Source: Aeropyrum pernix K1 (GTDB taxonomy: Archaea; Thermoproteota; Thermoprotei_A; Sulfolobales; Acidilobaceae). From it: a DNA stretch of 32,000 bases. The notes beneath the pieces were generated by a model that searched no databases, was not told the origin of the DNA, and was given only the letters and a program-made list of their open reading frames with translations. The translations under genes and the position numbers were made by a program. The stretch covers positions 360,001-392,000 of the forward strand of contig NC_000854.2 of NCBI RefSeq assembly GCF_000011125.1, written 5' to 3'. Positions 1 through 8,795 of the stretch are shown here, piece by piece. Within the stretch, counting starts at the first letter, position 1, and every line of letters starts with the position of its first letter.

Positions 1-1
1 C

Positions 2-823
2 TCTAAGGAGACGCAGCCGAGGGCCGAGGCTGAGGAGGAGCTTATCAACCTGGTAAACAAGGTCTACAAGAGGGGGGGTAAGCTTCTTATACCTGTTATG
101 GCTGTGGGGAGGGGGCAGGAGATACTTGTCGTCCTGAACGAGGCCCTCAGGTCTGGCAAGATACCCGAGATCCCCATATATGTCGATGGCATGGTGTACG
201 AGGTCACAGCTGTTTATACCAACTACCCCGAGCTTCTGGTGAAGCCGATAAGGGATAGGATACTCAAGCAGGGGGAGAACCCATTCGAGGGGCCCACCAC
301 CGTCTACGTCACCGACCACTACAAGAGGGATGAGGCCATGTACAGCGACAAGCCTGCTATAATACTCTCAACCAGCGGCATGATGAACGGCGGACCCATA
401 GTAGAGTACTTCAAGTACCTAGCCGACGATCCTAGGAACGCCCTGGCCTTCGTCAGCTACCAGGCGCCTGGCACGCTGGGCAGGAGGCTCCAGAGCGGGG
501 AGAGGGAGATAGAGCTTGAGATGGATGGCGGGATAAGGAGGATAAAGGTTAACATGGAGATAGTCTCGATAGAGGGGTTCACAGGCCACTCTACGAGGGG
601 CGAACTCCTCTCGTTCCTCAGGAGGCTCAATCCAAAGCCGAGGAACATAGTGTTGAACCACGGCGAGCCCTCGGCAATAGCGGCTCTCGCCCACACTGTG
701 AAAACTGGCTGGTCGAAGCTAGGCTTCGAATCACCCCCCATAATAGAGGCTCCGGAGAACCTGGAGGGCGTGAGGCTCTACCCGAGGAACCTGAAGATGA
801 AGCTAGCCCTACAGCACTCCTGA
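2..823 (+). CDS. aCPSF1/FttA-type metallo-beta-lactamase/beta-CASP ribonuclease, C-terminal part (5'-truncated by window)
   Basis: Reading frame is open from position 2 (SKETQPRAEAEEELINLVNKVYKRGGKLLIPVMAVGRGQE...) into ORF 98..823. beta-CASP landmarks include GRGQEIL, ILSTSGMMNGGPIVEY, FTGHSTRGEL and VLNHGEPSAI. Confidence 0.92.
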   Translation, partial: SKETQPRAEAEEELINLVNKVYKRGGKLLIPVMAVGRGQEILVVLNEALRSGKIPEIPIYVDGMVYEVTAVYTNYPELLVKPIRDRILKQGENPFEGPTTVYVTDHYKRDEAMYSDKPAIILSTSGMMNGGPIVEYFKYLADDPRNALAFVSYQAPGTLGRRLQSGEREIELEMDGGIRRIKVNMEIVSIEGFTGHSTRGELLSFLRRLNPKPRNIVLNHGEPSAIAALAHTVKTGWSKLGFESPPIIEAPENLEGVRLYPRNLKMKLALQHS

Positions 824-841
824 AACCGCGGAGGCCAAGGC

Positions 842-1459
842 CTACGAGAGCCTCTTCCCAACCTCCTGCGCCAGCTCCCAGAGAGCATCCCCCAGCCTGT
901 GCACCCTCCTAACAGCCCTACCCCTAGCTTTCTCCCTATAGAGCTTCTCCAACGCGCTGCTGTCAACCTCGGCTACGCCAACCATAACAGGCGTTCTGGT
1001 CTCGTGGTATAGCGCGGCCACTACGTCGCCCCGCGTGAAGCTGCCCTCCACGCCGACGACGCCCGGGATCATAAGGTGGGCGCCCTTGGCTAGAGCTATC
1101 GCCGCGCCCTTATCTACGAGTACAACGCCCTTCAGCCAATCCACGCCGAAGGCCTTGAGACACTGGAGCGTGGGGTATATCCTGCCGTCGCTCCACTCGA
1201 AAAGGCATGGCACACCATCCACTGTTATTATCTCGTACTCGCCGGAGTCCGTCCTCGCCTTAACCAGCCGCAGATCAGCCTTCTCGCTGAAAGGAATCCG
1301 TGTATAGTAGGGTTTGAGCCTCTCCAGGAGGCTACGCCTCTCCTTCTTCGACAGCGCCCTCGCCTCCAGCCTCGCCAAACCGACCAACCTCGCCCATAGC
1401 ATGAGCCATGATTGGATAGTAGGGTCTAGGCGTGATAAAGCGGTTGGGAGAGATCCCAA
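842..1459 (-). CDS. PUA-domain RNA-binding protein (archaeal MCT-1/Tma20-like)
   Basis: 205 aa. C-terminal PUA-like segment VVLVDKGAAIALAKGAHLMIPGVVGVEGSFTRGDVVAALYHETRTPVMVGVAEVDS. The true start may be internal. Confidence 0.75.
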   Translation of the reverse strand: MGSLPTALSRLDPTIQSWLMLWARLVGLARLEARALSKKERRSLLERLKPYYTRIPFSEKADLRLVKARTDSGEYEIITVDGVPCLFEWSDGRIYPTLQCLKAFGVDWLKGVVLVDKGAAIALAKGAHLMIPGVVGVEGSFTRGDVVAALYHETRTPVMVGVAEVDSSALEKLYREKARGRAVRRVHRLGDALWELAQEVGKRLS

Positions 1460-1518
1460 TAGCCTTATAGGCTTGGAATACAGCCCTTTTACTTAGGCTT
1501 AATCCAAGGTGTAGAGTC

Positions 1519-1752
1519 GTGAGCGGGCCGATAACTCTGCCCACGCTGAGGATGATGCTGGACTATGTGGACACGCCCGTGCTAGTCAAGCTTAAGAGCG
1601 GGCTCAGGATAAAGGGTGTCCTGAAGACCTATGATCAGCACCTTAACATAATACTCGGCGATGCAGAAGAGATAGGGGAGACCTCCATCAGGAGGCTAGG
1701 GCTGACTCTGGTGAGGGGGGATAGCGTAGTAGTGATAACCCCTGCCGCTTGA
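1519..1752 (+). CDS. LSm/Sm-like archaeal protein (SmAP)
   Basis: 77 aa with Sm1/Sm2-like motifs: TPVLVKLKSGLRIKGVLKTYDQHLNIILGDAEEI ... LVRGDSVVVI. Confidence 0.92.
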   Translation: MSGPITLPTLRMMLDYVDTPVLVKLKSGLRIKGVLKTYDQHLNIILGDAEEIGETSIRRLGLTLVRGDSVVVITPAA

Positions 1753-1781
1753 CGCCCTAGCTGTGGGGGTGTAGCGTAGGC

Positions 1782-1970
1782 ATGGGTAAGGGAACGCCGA
1801 GCATGGGCAAACACGGGAGGAGCAAGACCCACATAGTGTGCAGGAGGTGCGGCAGGAGGTCCTACAATGTTGCCAAGGGTTACTGCGCAGCCTGCGGCTT
1901 CGGGAGAAGCAGGAGGATGAGGAGGTATAGCTGGCAGAACAAGAAGTGGAATAGAGTACGCGTGGTATAG
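1782..1970 (+). CDS. rpl37e: 50S ribosomal protein L37e
   Basis: 62 aa with zinc-ribbon: [51 protein letters not shown]. Confidence 0.96.
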   Translation: MGKGTPSMGKHGRSKTHIVCRRCGRRSYNVAKGYCAACGFGRSRRMRRYSWQNKKWNRVRVV

Positions 1971-2081
1971 AATTATAAGATCCTCTACACCCGCTCCCAA
2001 TGCTGGGGCCGGGGAGCCCCTCCTCTTTGGCGCTCGTTTATCCCTCCCGCGAAACGATAATTCTAGCCTGGTGGGTAGGGT

Positions 2082-3203
2082 TTGGAGGCCAGGTACGATC
2101 TCAACAGGCGTAAGCTCCTGGCGGCTGCCGAGGAGGCCGGCTTCGACTCCCTTGTGATTGCTGGAGAGGCTAACCTGGTTTATGCCCTGGGCTATGGAAA
2201 CCCCGCTGGCGTCCTCGTCCTCAGCGGCAAGTGCGGCTCCACCCTAGTGGTACCCCTGCTCGATTACGAGAGGGCTCTCAGGAGCGTCGACACTGACGTG
2301 GAGGTTAAGGCCTTCTACAGGGGGGGCGAGTCGGGTATAGAGCCTGATATACCTAAGTCTGACCTCATAAGCTCCGAGAACATGGCGGAGGCGGCGAAGA
2401 GGGTTCTAGAGGGCTGCAGCAGCCCTGCCGTCGACTTTAAGTGGCTGAGATGGGAGACGGCCACGGCACTATCAAACGCCCTAGATAACCCTGGGGACGG
2501 GTCGCAGCTCATCTCCCAGGTGAGGTCTGTGAAGGAGGAGTGGGAGATAGGCTTGATAGCGGAGGCTGCCAGGATAGCCGAGGCCGCCCTCAGGAGGGGG
2601 ATTGAGGAGCTTAGGGAGGGTGTCTCGGAGAGGGAGGTCGCGGGGGCCGTTGTAGATGTTATTATGAAGAGCGGAGGCTGGGGCCCCTCCTTCCCAGTGA
2701 TAGTAGCCTTCGGCGGCAACACGGCGCTGCCGCACCATCACACAGGCGACGCCAGGCTGCCCCACGCCTCGCCAGTACTCTTCGACCTGGGCAGCGTCTA
2801 CAAGGGGTACATGAGCGACATGACCAGGAGCCTCTGGCGCGGCCCTGGAGGAGCGGAGTATAGGAGGCTTGAAGAGCTAGTGGCGGAGGCCCAGGCAGAG
2901 GCTATAGACTCTGTGGCACCGGGTGTGGAGGCGTGGGAGGTAGACAAGGCTGCCAGGCTCAGGCTATCAAAGGAGGGGTTCTCCAAATACTTCATACACG
3001 GCACGGGCCACGGAGTCGGGGTGGAGATACATGAGAACCCCTACCTGCGGCCGGGGAGCAGCGAGGAGCTGAAGCCCGGTATGGTAGTCACGATAGAGCC
3101 GGGGGTCTACCTGCCCGGGATGTATGGCGTCAGGATAGAGGATATGGTGCTAGTCACAAAGCGGGGCCGAAAGCTCCTCACAAGCTTCGCCAGAATACTC
3201 TAG
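2082..3203 (+). CDS. M24 family Xaa-Pro dipeptidase / aminopeptidase P-like
   Basis: 373 aa. PVLFDLGSVYKGYMSDMTRS, HGTGHGVGVEIHE, VVTIEPGVYLPGMYGVRIEDMVLV (the M24 metal ligands). Confidence 0.92.
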   Translation: MEARYDLNRRKLLAAAEEAGFDSLVIAGEANLVYALGYGNPAGVLVLSGKCGSTLVVPLLDYERALRSVDTDVEVKAFYRGGESGIEPDIPKSDLISSENMAEAAKRVLEGCSSPAVDFKWLRWETATALSNALDNPGDGSQLISQVRSVKEEWEIGLIAEAARIAEAALRRGIEELREGVSEREVAGAVVDVIMKSGGWGPSFPVIVAFGGNTALPHHHTGDARLPHASPVLFDLGSVYKGYMSDMTRSLWRGPGGAEYRRLEELVAEAQAEAIDSVAPGVEAWEVDKAARLRLSKEGFSKYFIHGTGHGVGVEIHENPYLRPGSSEELKPGMVVTIEPGVYLPGMYGVRIEDMVLVTKRGRKLLTSFARIL

Positions 3204-3297
3204 GGGAGAGCCTGGAAGGCCAGCAGCTACCAGCAGCAGCTAAAAATAGTGGAATCGGGGGAAAGTTTAGGGGAAAGTCTTCTGCAGCCTCCCTCCT

Positions 3298-4431
3298 CTA
3301 CTCTGCTAGCTTCTTCAGCACCTCAGGCGGCTCTATAAATATGTCTAGCGGGAGGAACGCCGTGACGGTGAAGTTGGGGACGTCAACCAGCTGGCTGAGC
3401 CTGAGATCGGCCGCCACGCTCGCCAGCAGGTACGCCTGCTCCCTCGTGTACCCCGCCTTCTCCAGCAGGTTAATCAGGTTCAGCAGGGCGTGTTTTGCCG
3501 AGAGGGTTGCATTCTCCGACTCGTTTAGACTATCTATTACACCCACGCCCGTCACTGCCACGTGCTTAGAGTGGGTGAATCTCCGGACGGAGGATTCTGA
3601 GGGCTTGAATATGGGGAATCTTATGCCGTACTTCTTAGCCCCCTCGCTTATGACCCCGAACCTTAGGGTAGCCGTGGCCCCCATCTCTATGGCTGTGCCG
3701 CACACCTCGCCGTCGCCCTGGGCATAGTGGGCGTCGCCCACCGAGAATAGCGCCCCCTCGACGAACACGGGGAAGTAGATTTTGGAGCCTGGGGAGAAGT
3801 GCCTCACATCGAGGTTTCCTCCGTTCTCCCTGGGGGGTATGGTTCTGAGGCCCTCGGAAGCCACCGGCTCTCTCGGGGGTACAGCGCCCTCGGGTGTAGG
3901 TGGTAGGACGAAGCCGCCGCGCTTGAGGAGGCGGTCCTCCCTCTCCTTAATCTCCTTTAGAAGCTCTTTCGATGGGGCGACGCCCATGACGCCCAGGAAT
4001 GGGTCCCCCGGTATCCTCACGTTGGGGAGGTCCTCGGAGAAGGCGTAGCCACCCTCTATTCTCCACCTTATCTTATATGGCTTGTCGAACAGGTCTCTCA
4101 GGAAGCCGAAGCCCGGTATTGCCACAGTGAATCCGAATGGCTCGGCCTTTATGTCGAGGACCTCGACGACCAGGAGGTCGCCAGGCTTAGCACCCCTCAC
4201 ATAGACCGGCCCGGTGAGGGGGTGGACTACATTGAGATCTGCACTGGCTACGTCGTCCACTCCCGGGTTGGCCGTTATCTGCCCGTCCAGGGCATCCCTG
4301 GTTTCGATAACAACTATATCTCCCGGGTCCACCTCGGCCGCAGGCTCTATGTCCGGGTGCCACCTGTTATGGCACCTGTCGGCCTCGTCCACGCATCTCT
4401 TGCCCCTATTTATAGTTATCCTTGTTACCAC
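3298..4431 (-). CDS. Acetamidase/formamidase family protein
   Basis: 377 aa. GDIVVIETRDALDGQI, HPLTGPVYVRGAKPGDLLVVEVLDI, SPGSKIYFPVFVEGALFSVGDAHYAQGDGEVCGTAIE. GTG start preceded by GGAGGG. Confidence 0.92.
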   Translation of the reverse strand: MVTRITINRGKRCVDEADRCHNRWHPDIEPAAEVDPGDIVVIETRDALDGQITANPGVDDVASADLNVVHPLTGPVYVRGAKPGDLLVVEVLDIKAEPFGFTVAIPGFGFLRDLFDKPYKIRWRIEGGYAFSEDLPNVRIPGDPFLGVMGVAPSKELLKEIKEREDRLLKRGGFVLPPTPEGAVPPREPVASEGLRTIPPRENGGNLDVRHFSPGSKIYFPVFVEGALFSVGDAHYAQGDGEVCGTAIEMGATATLRFGVISEGAKKYGIRFPIFKPSESSVRRFTHSKHVAVTGVGVIDSLNESENATLSAKHALLNLINLLEKAGYTREQAYLLASVAADLRLSQLVDVPNFTVTAFLPLDIFIEPPEVLKKLAE

Positions 4432-4486
4432 CGTTGTCCCTCCAGTTTACTGAAATCTAGGCTTTCGACAGTTATGCGAGCCCGCT

Positions 4487-5446
4487 TCAACCGTATATGC
4501 CCTCCTCGATCTGGACCGCTATATAGCTCAGCTTGTCTATGATACTCCCCTCTGTGTATGGCGCTTTCACGAGGATAACGCTGGCACCCAGCCTCTCAGC
4601 CTCCCTAAGCAGCCATTCTCCCGCTTTCGACACAGGCACGCCACTATCGTCGACAGTTATGAAAGCCACAGAGCCGCTGGCCAAAAGCCGCTCAGCCTTC
4701 TCAAGCTCCTGCACGGTGGGAGCCCACTCCTCACCCCCGCCGATTATGAGAACAACCTCAGCGCCAAGCCAGTGTGCGGGATACTGGGCTGCGGGGTGGT
4801 CGGCGACGGCCTCCGAGCCTTTTAGCAGGCCCTGAAGCCTTTCTAGATCTTCAAGCTTCTTCAGCGCTACTCTCAGGTTCCCGATATAGTCGCACTCAGG
4901 CCTCTTCTCCTGCATAGCCTCGGCCAGCCTGCTGAGGAACAGCCTGTAGTTCTCTGGGTGGTATATGGGGTAGTGTAGGTTGGGGCTGCCGTCAGGCGTC
5001 TCCAATATTTCTATACCCGGTATCCTCGTGACATCTACCACTGTGCCCGAGGCTAGCTCAGCCGCCTTCAGATCGGCGGGGGTATGGCCTCCTGTCACCA
5101 CAATGTCAGCTTCAGCCACCATCCTGGCTGCCCTAGGGTCTAGCTGAGCCTCGTGCGGGTCCACGCCGGGATTATAGATCTCGATAACCCTGTCGCCGCT
5201 GCAGGCTATGAGCTCCACATCGCTCTTAAGCCCGGGGAAGGTGACAACGACAAGCAGGCCAGCACTACCACCCTCTTCCCAGCCCAGCTGGAGAAACGCT
5301 ATGCCGGCAGCTACCGCAATCAGAACTACCGCAGTAACAGCTATGTACACCACTCTCCTAGCCACGCCACTCCCAACTTTATTCGACACTAAAACCACCC
5401 AGGGAGTCCCAGGGGGTCTCGCTGGCTCTCGCGCCTCCTGCAACAC
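4487..5446 (-). CDS. Metal (Zn/Mn-type) ABC transporter substrate-binding protein, N-terminally membrane-anchored
   Basis: 319 aa. N-terminal TM segment VVYIAVTAVVLIAVAAGIAFL. ZnuA-like His motifs VDPHEAQLDP, NLHYPIYHPEN, DHPAAQYPAHW. The first ~30 residues of the ORF look untranslated, with the likely start at a GTG (VSNK... or VARRVVY...). Confidence 0.82.
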   Translation of the reverse strand: MLQEAREPARPPGTPWVVLVSNKVGSGVARRVVYIAVTAVVLIAVAAGIAFLQLGWEEGGSAGLLVVVTFPGLKSDVELIACSGDRVIEIYNPGVDPHEAQLDPRAARMVAEADIVVTGGHTPADLKAAELASGTVVDVTRIPGIEILETPDGSPNLHYPIYHPENYRLFLSRLAEAMQEKRPECDYIGNLRVALKKLEDLERLQGLLKGSEAVADHPAAQYPAHWLGAEVVLIIGGGEEWAPTVQELEKAERLLASGSVAFITVDDSGVPVSKAGEWLLREAERLGASVILVKAPYTEGSIIDKLSYIAVQIEEGIYG

Positions 5447-5455
5447 CTAGGGAGG

Positions 5456-5463
5456 TGTGCACA
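5456..5463. promoter_or_regulatory. Perfect palindrome TGTGCACA (copy 1), candidate operator half
   Basis: TGTGCACAG at 5456-5464, immediately upstream of the TATA-like element. Confidence 0.45.
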
Positions 5464-5466
5464 GTA

Positions 5467-5474
5467 TTTATAAG
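5467..5474 (+). promoter_or_regulatory. TATA-box-like element TTTATAAG for the metal ABC operon
   Basis: TATTTATAAG at 5465-5474, about 37 nt upstream of the likely TTG start at 5508. Confidence 0.6.
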
Positions 5475-5488
5475 TTCTCCACGTGTAA

Positions 5489-5496
5489 TGTGCACA
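5489..5496. promoter_or_regulatory. Perfect palindrome TGTGCACA (copy 2), candidate operator half
   Basis: TGTGCACAG at 5489-5497, exactly 33 bp downstream of copy 1, over the expected transcription start. Confidence 0.45.
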
Positions 5497-5507
5497 GGGA
5501 GAGCCCG

Positions 5508-6251
5508 TTGAGGGTCAGGGTTGAGGACCTCACAGTAGCCTACAATGGCGAGCCGGTGCTCTCGGGAGTTAACCTCGAATTCAGGGGGCCTGGGCTAGTC
5601 CAGATAATAGGGCCCAACGGGGCCGGGAAGACCACTTTCCTAAAAGCTATCCTAGGCCTCATAAAGCCGGCTAGAGGTAGGGTGTTTCTTGACGGCTTTG
5701 AAGCTACCGGGAGGCCTGAAATGGTGGGCCGGTACGCCGGGTACGTCCCCCAGAACCCCTCCGCCCCCAAGCTCTCGCCCATGACTGTGAGGGAGTTTGT
5801 CGAGACTAGCCTCAGGCTCCGCGGTGTAACGAGGGCTAGGGAGAGGGCTGTCGAGGTCCTCCACACACTGGGGATACGTGGTGAGGTCCTCGAATCCAGG
5901 CTATGGGAGCTGAGTATGGGCATGCTGCAGAGGGTGTTCATAGCTAGGGCCATAGCCCCCGATCCTAAGATGCTAGTCATGGATGAACCCCTGGCCAGTG
6001 TTGACCCTGCGGGGAGGATGGAGATCGCGAGAATCATAGCAGGCCTAGCCAGGGAGAGGCTGGTTTTGATGACTAGCCATGACCCGAGCCTCCTTCTGGG
6101 CCATACCGACATCATAGTGGTTATAAATAGAGATCTCATAGCCTCGGGGCCGCCTGAGGAGGTGTATAGGGAGGATGTGCTCAGGAGAGTGTACGGCGAA
6201 AGCGTTGCCCGCGGCCTCGTTCTAGCCGGTGAGGGGGGTGCGCACGGGTGA
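5508..6251 (+). CDS. Metal ABC transporter ATP-binding protein (ZnuC-like)
   Basis: Walker A GPNGAGKTTF, signature LSMGMLQRVFIARAI, Walker B LVMDEPLASVDPA. The track start 5457 lies upstream of the TATA-like box, so TTG at 5508 (LRVRVEDLTVAY) is preferred. Confidence 0.9.
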   Translation: MRVRVEDLTVAYNGEPVLSGVNLEFRGPGLVQIIGPNGAGKTTFLKAILGLIKPARGRVFLDGFEATGRPEMVGRYAGYVPQNPSAPKLSPMTVREFVETSLRLRGVTRARERAVEVLHTLGIRGEVLESRLWELSMGMLQRVFIARAIAPDPKMLVMDEPLASVDPAGRMEIARIIAGLARERLVLMTSHDPSLLLGHTDIIVVINRDLIASGPPEEVYREDVLRRVYGESVARGLVLAGEGGAHG

Positions 6252-7111
6252 CGCCTAAGCCCGAGCACATAGCTGGGGCGGCGGCCATACTTCTGCTAGT
6301 GTTGGGGCTCGCCCTCTACCCTTCGGAGTGGGTTTTCGCAGTGGCGGGGGCAGGCCTAGCCTACGGGTCCCTGAGCCCCACGCTCTACTCGCGCCGCCTC
6401 CTTTTCCTGGCTGGCGCCGCCCCCCATTCTGCCCTTGCAGCCGCTAGCCTAGGAGCCGTCGCAGCCGCGCTGACCGGCGTGGGCGGCGCCTGGATAAGCC
6501 TTGCCCTAGGCCTGACGCTAATCTACGCGGCCGGCTACTCCATCTACAGGGGCGTCGACCCCGACACGGCGGCAGCCCTCCTAGCGGGGTTCACAGCCAG
6601 CCTCGGCATAGCCGGCCTCTACCTCGCAGGAAGGACGGGGGCTAGCATATCAACGCTAGTCATAGGCGACCCGCTGCTGGCCTCGAGAACGGAGGCCCTG
6701 GCTGTGCTCGCTCTAGGCGTCCTGTTCCTCGCCACCCTCCTTCTCCTCGGGGATAGGATAGCCTACATAGGGGTTGATAGGGAGGACGCAATGCTCTCCG
6801 GGACCCGGGTCTGGGCTTACGACCTCCTCCTCTACACCATGATAGCCCTCTCGACCGTGGGCCTCATAACCGTGGTGGGATTCATACTGGAGCACGTCCT
6901 CCTACTAATACCCGGAGCGCTGATACTACCCCTCACCAGGGGGTCCCGCACCGCAGCCCTGGCAGGAGGTCTCGCGGGCTCGGCCGCCGGCGTGGGCGGC
7001 CTGATACTAGGGGGTCTCACGGGGATACCACCGGCCGCGGCCTCAGGGCTAATACTCATGCTGACATACCTGGTCGTCCTACTACACAGCGGGGTGTGGA
7101 GGAGTGGCTAA
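6248..7111 (+). CDS. Metal ABC transporter permease (ZnuB-like, ABC-3 family)
   Basis: 287 aa, multi-TM. Overlaps the upstream ATPase by 4 nt (GTGA). DLLLYTMIALSTVGLITVVGFILEHVLLLIPGAL matches the ABC-3 permease style. Confidence 0.85.
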   Translation: MTPKPEHIAGAAAILLLVLGLALYPSEWVFAVAGAGLAYGSLSPTLYSRRLLFLAGAAPHSALAAASLGAVAAALTGVGGAWISLALGLTLIYAAGYSIYRGVDPDTAAALLAGFTASLGIAGLYLAGRTGASISTLVIGDPLLASRTEALAVLALGVLFLATLLLLGDRIAYIGVDREDAMLSGTRVWAYDLLLYTMIALSTVGLITVVGFILEHVLLLIPGALILPLTRGSRTAALAGGLAGSAAGVGGLILGGLTGIPPAAASGLILMLTYLVVLLHSGVWRSG

Positions 7112-7490
7112 GCGGAGGTTCGGCGTAAGCATACCGGAAGACCTGGCGCAGAGGCTAGACGAGGCTAGCCGGAGGCTGGGCGTGGAGAGGAGCAGGCTGG
7201 TTGAGAAGGCGGTTGAGGCCCTCCTGGAAGACTACCGCCACCTCCTAACCCGGCACAGCTGCAGCGGCATCATAATAGTCTCCTGCCCTCCAAGGGGCGA
7301 GGCAGAGATCGCCACGGCTGTGGAAAAATTCAGGGACATAGTCGCTGCGAGGCTTCACAGCCACACAACCGGCAGATGCATAGAAGCTATAATAGTTGAG
7401 GGCGACAGCATGAGAATAGCCATGCTGCATAGGCAGCTGGAAAGCGTGGGATGCGGTGCAAGATACATATCCATGCCTCTACATCCGTGA
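7104..7490 (+). CDS. NikR/CopG-family metal-responsive ribbon-helix-helix regulator
   Basis: 128 aa. RHH N-terminus RRFGVSIPEDLAQRLDEASRRLGVERSRLVEKAVEALL, then ACT-like C-terminal domain with LHSHTTGRCIEAIIVEGD. Overlaps the permease stop. Confidence 0.85.
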   Translation: MAKRRFGVSIPEDLAQRLDEASRRLGVERSRLVEKAVEALLEDYRHLLTRHSCSGIIIVSCPPRGEAEIATAVEKFRDIVAARLHSHTTGRCIEAIIVEGDSMRIAMLHRQLESVGCGARYISMPLHP

Positions 7491-7616
7491 CTGGAGATTG
7501 CCCACCCCCGGTAGCATTAGAAAGAGGATAGCAACCGGCATTAGCTGGCGGGTAGCGTGGAGGTATTTAGACAGTCGTGCCTGCTTGTGCAGCTTTCACC
7601 CGCCTTGACGGAGTAT

Positions 7617-8744
7617 CTAGGGGCTGGAACCCCTGCCACCCCTCCTGGCTATGTATAGAATCAGGATAAGCAGAGATGCAATCGCAAGGGCTGCTGCCGC
7701 AGGGGCCAGCATGTCTGTAGTACCTTGGCCCCCCGCGCTTGCTTCCAGTCTTGCGACGTAATTCATAGTAGCCTTGTAGGCGTAGTATGGGTCTGGGTTG
7801 ACTGCGGTGGCGTCTCTGTGAGGCTCTATCATAGACCTCTCATGGTACTCGTTCCAGCTGTAGACGGCGACCAGCCGGACTCTATCCATGTTCCTGAGCA
7901 CCCACTCCCACTGGATTGCATACGCGTTGAGCGCGTAGTCTGGGTCTATCAGCCTTTGTCCACAGCCCGTCCTCACACCGGCCTCGCAGAATACGCGGTC
8001 GTCGAACCGGGGTGTTATGGCCACGTAGCCGTCGCCCCTCACTCTAAGCACAGCATCCTTCTCAGCCACCCAGGGGGCCAGGTAGTCGGGCCATAGATCC
8101 CAGTGCTGGTAGCCAGCCCTGTCTATGTCGTTGCCCACTATACGTATCGTGAAGCGGGGGTCGAGGGGCCTGTAGCTCATCCCTATAGGGTTGAAAGCCA
8201 GGACGAGCGGCCTGCCCTCCCAGCTTAGATAGCTCTCACTATATTTCTCCACGAAGTTCTCGTATACATAGTCCAGAGTCTCCTCCCACCAGCCTCGACC
8301 GTAGAGCCCGGCGTCGCCTCCCAGGTACGGCTCGACTAGGATGGCCGCCTTCAAACCATGCTCCCCGAGCCTCTGGAACACCAGCCTACTGGCCTCGTCT
8401 TCGAAGCTACCAGGCCCCCACCAGCTGACGAAGAGGCAGTCCACCCCTGCATCACTGATGAGGCCGAGCTGCCAATCCACAACCACGGGATCCCTGCTGT
8501 CATAATAGCCTAGCAACGGCTCGTCGACCACCGGAGTCAGGGGCGAGTCCCCCCAGTGCCTTCCATCGCTGGAATACCATGGGTAGAAGTAAACACACAC
8601 CAGCGGAGCCTCACCACCAGTAAGTCCGGCGAGCATGCCTGTCGCCATGGCTGTCATGAGGAGGAGAATAATCGGCAGCAATCCAGCCGCCCCTCCCGCC
8701 ACTTCAACTCTCCCAGCACTCAACTCAAAAATAAAAACAGCCAA
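7617..8744 (-). CDS. GH99-like glycoside hydrolase (endo-alpha-mannosidase/endomannanase family), signal/TM N-terminus and C-terminal TM anchor
   Basis: 375 aa. VYFYPWYSSDGRHWGDSPLTP, GYYDSRDPVVVDWQLGLISDAGVDCLFVSWWG, and SWNEYHERSMIEP resembling the GH99 NEWHEGTxIEP catalytic motif. C-terminal hydrophobic AAAALAIASLLILILYIARRGGRG. The start may be GTG at 8702, downstream of a TTTTTATTTTT promoter-like stretch. Confidence 0.8.
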   Translation of the reverse strand: MAVFIFELSAGRVEVAGGAAGLLPIILLLMTAMATGMLAGLTGGEAPLVCVYFYPWYSSDGRHWGDSPLTPVVDEPLLGYYDSRDPVVVDWQLGLISDAGVDCLFVSWWGPGSFEDEASRLVFQRLGEHGLKAAILVEPYLGGDAGLYGRGWWEETLDYVYENFVEKYSESYLSWEGRPLVLAFNPIGMSYRPLDPRFTIRIVGNDIDRAGYQHWDLWPDYLAPWVAEKDAVLRVRGDGYVAITPRFDDRVFCEAGVRTGCGQRLIDPDYALNAYAIQWEWVLRNMDRVRLVAVYSWNEYHERSMIEPHRDATAVNPDPYYAYKATMNYVARLEASAGGQGTTDMLAPAAAALAIASLLILILYIARRGGRGSSP

Positions 8745-8751
8745 CGTGGCT

Positions 8752-8795
8752 TAGTCCTCTGCAGCGGAGAGCTTACCACTCCGCCGACAGGACTA
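8752..8795. other. Compound inverted repeat (7 bp + 6 bp arms), potential structured RNA or terminator
   Basis: TAGTCCT-ctgca-GCGGAG-agcttacca-CTCCGC-cgac-AGGACTA. T5 tract at 8813-8817 on the + strand. Confidence 0.5.

Noticed and set aside
2315-2765. Minus-strand ORFs (135 aa, 94 aa) across the Xaa-Pro peptidase
   Set aside because: Fully inside a strongly supported M24 peptidase gene, with no family-like motifs.
3248-3277. Short direct repeat GGGGAAAGT (twice) between the convergent peptidase and formamidase genes
   Set aside because: Only two short copies in a simple intergenic gap, not enough to support a regulatory or mobile-element call.
5457-5507. Track start of the metal ABC ATPase at GTG 5457
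   Set aside because: The extension (MHSIYKFSTCNVHRESP) spans the TATA-like box and expected TSS. Family alignment starts at LRVRVEDLTVAY (TTG 5508).
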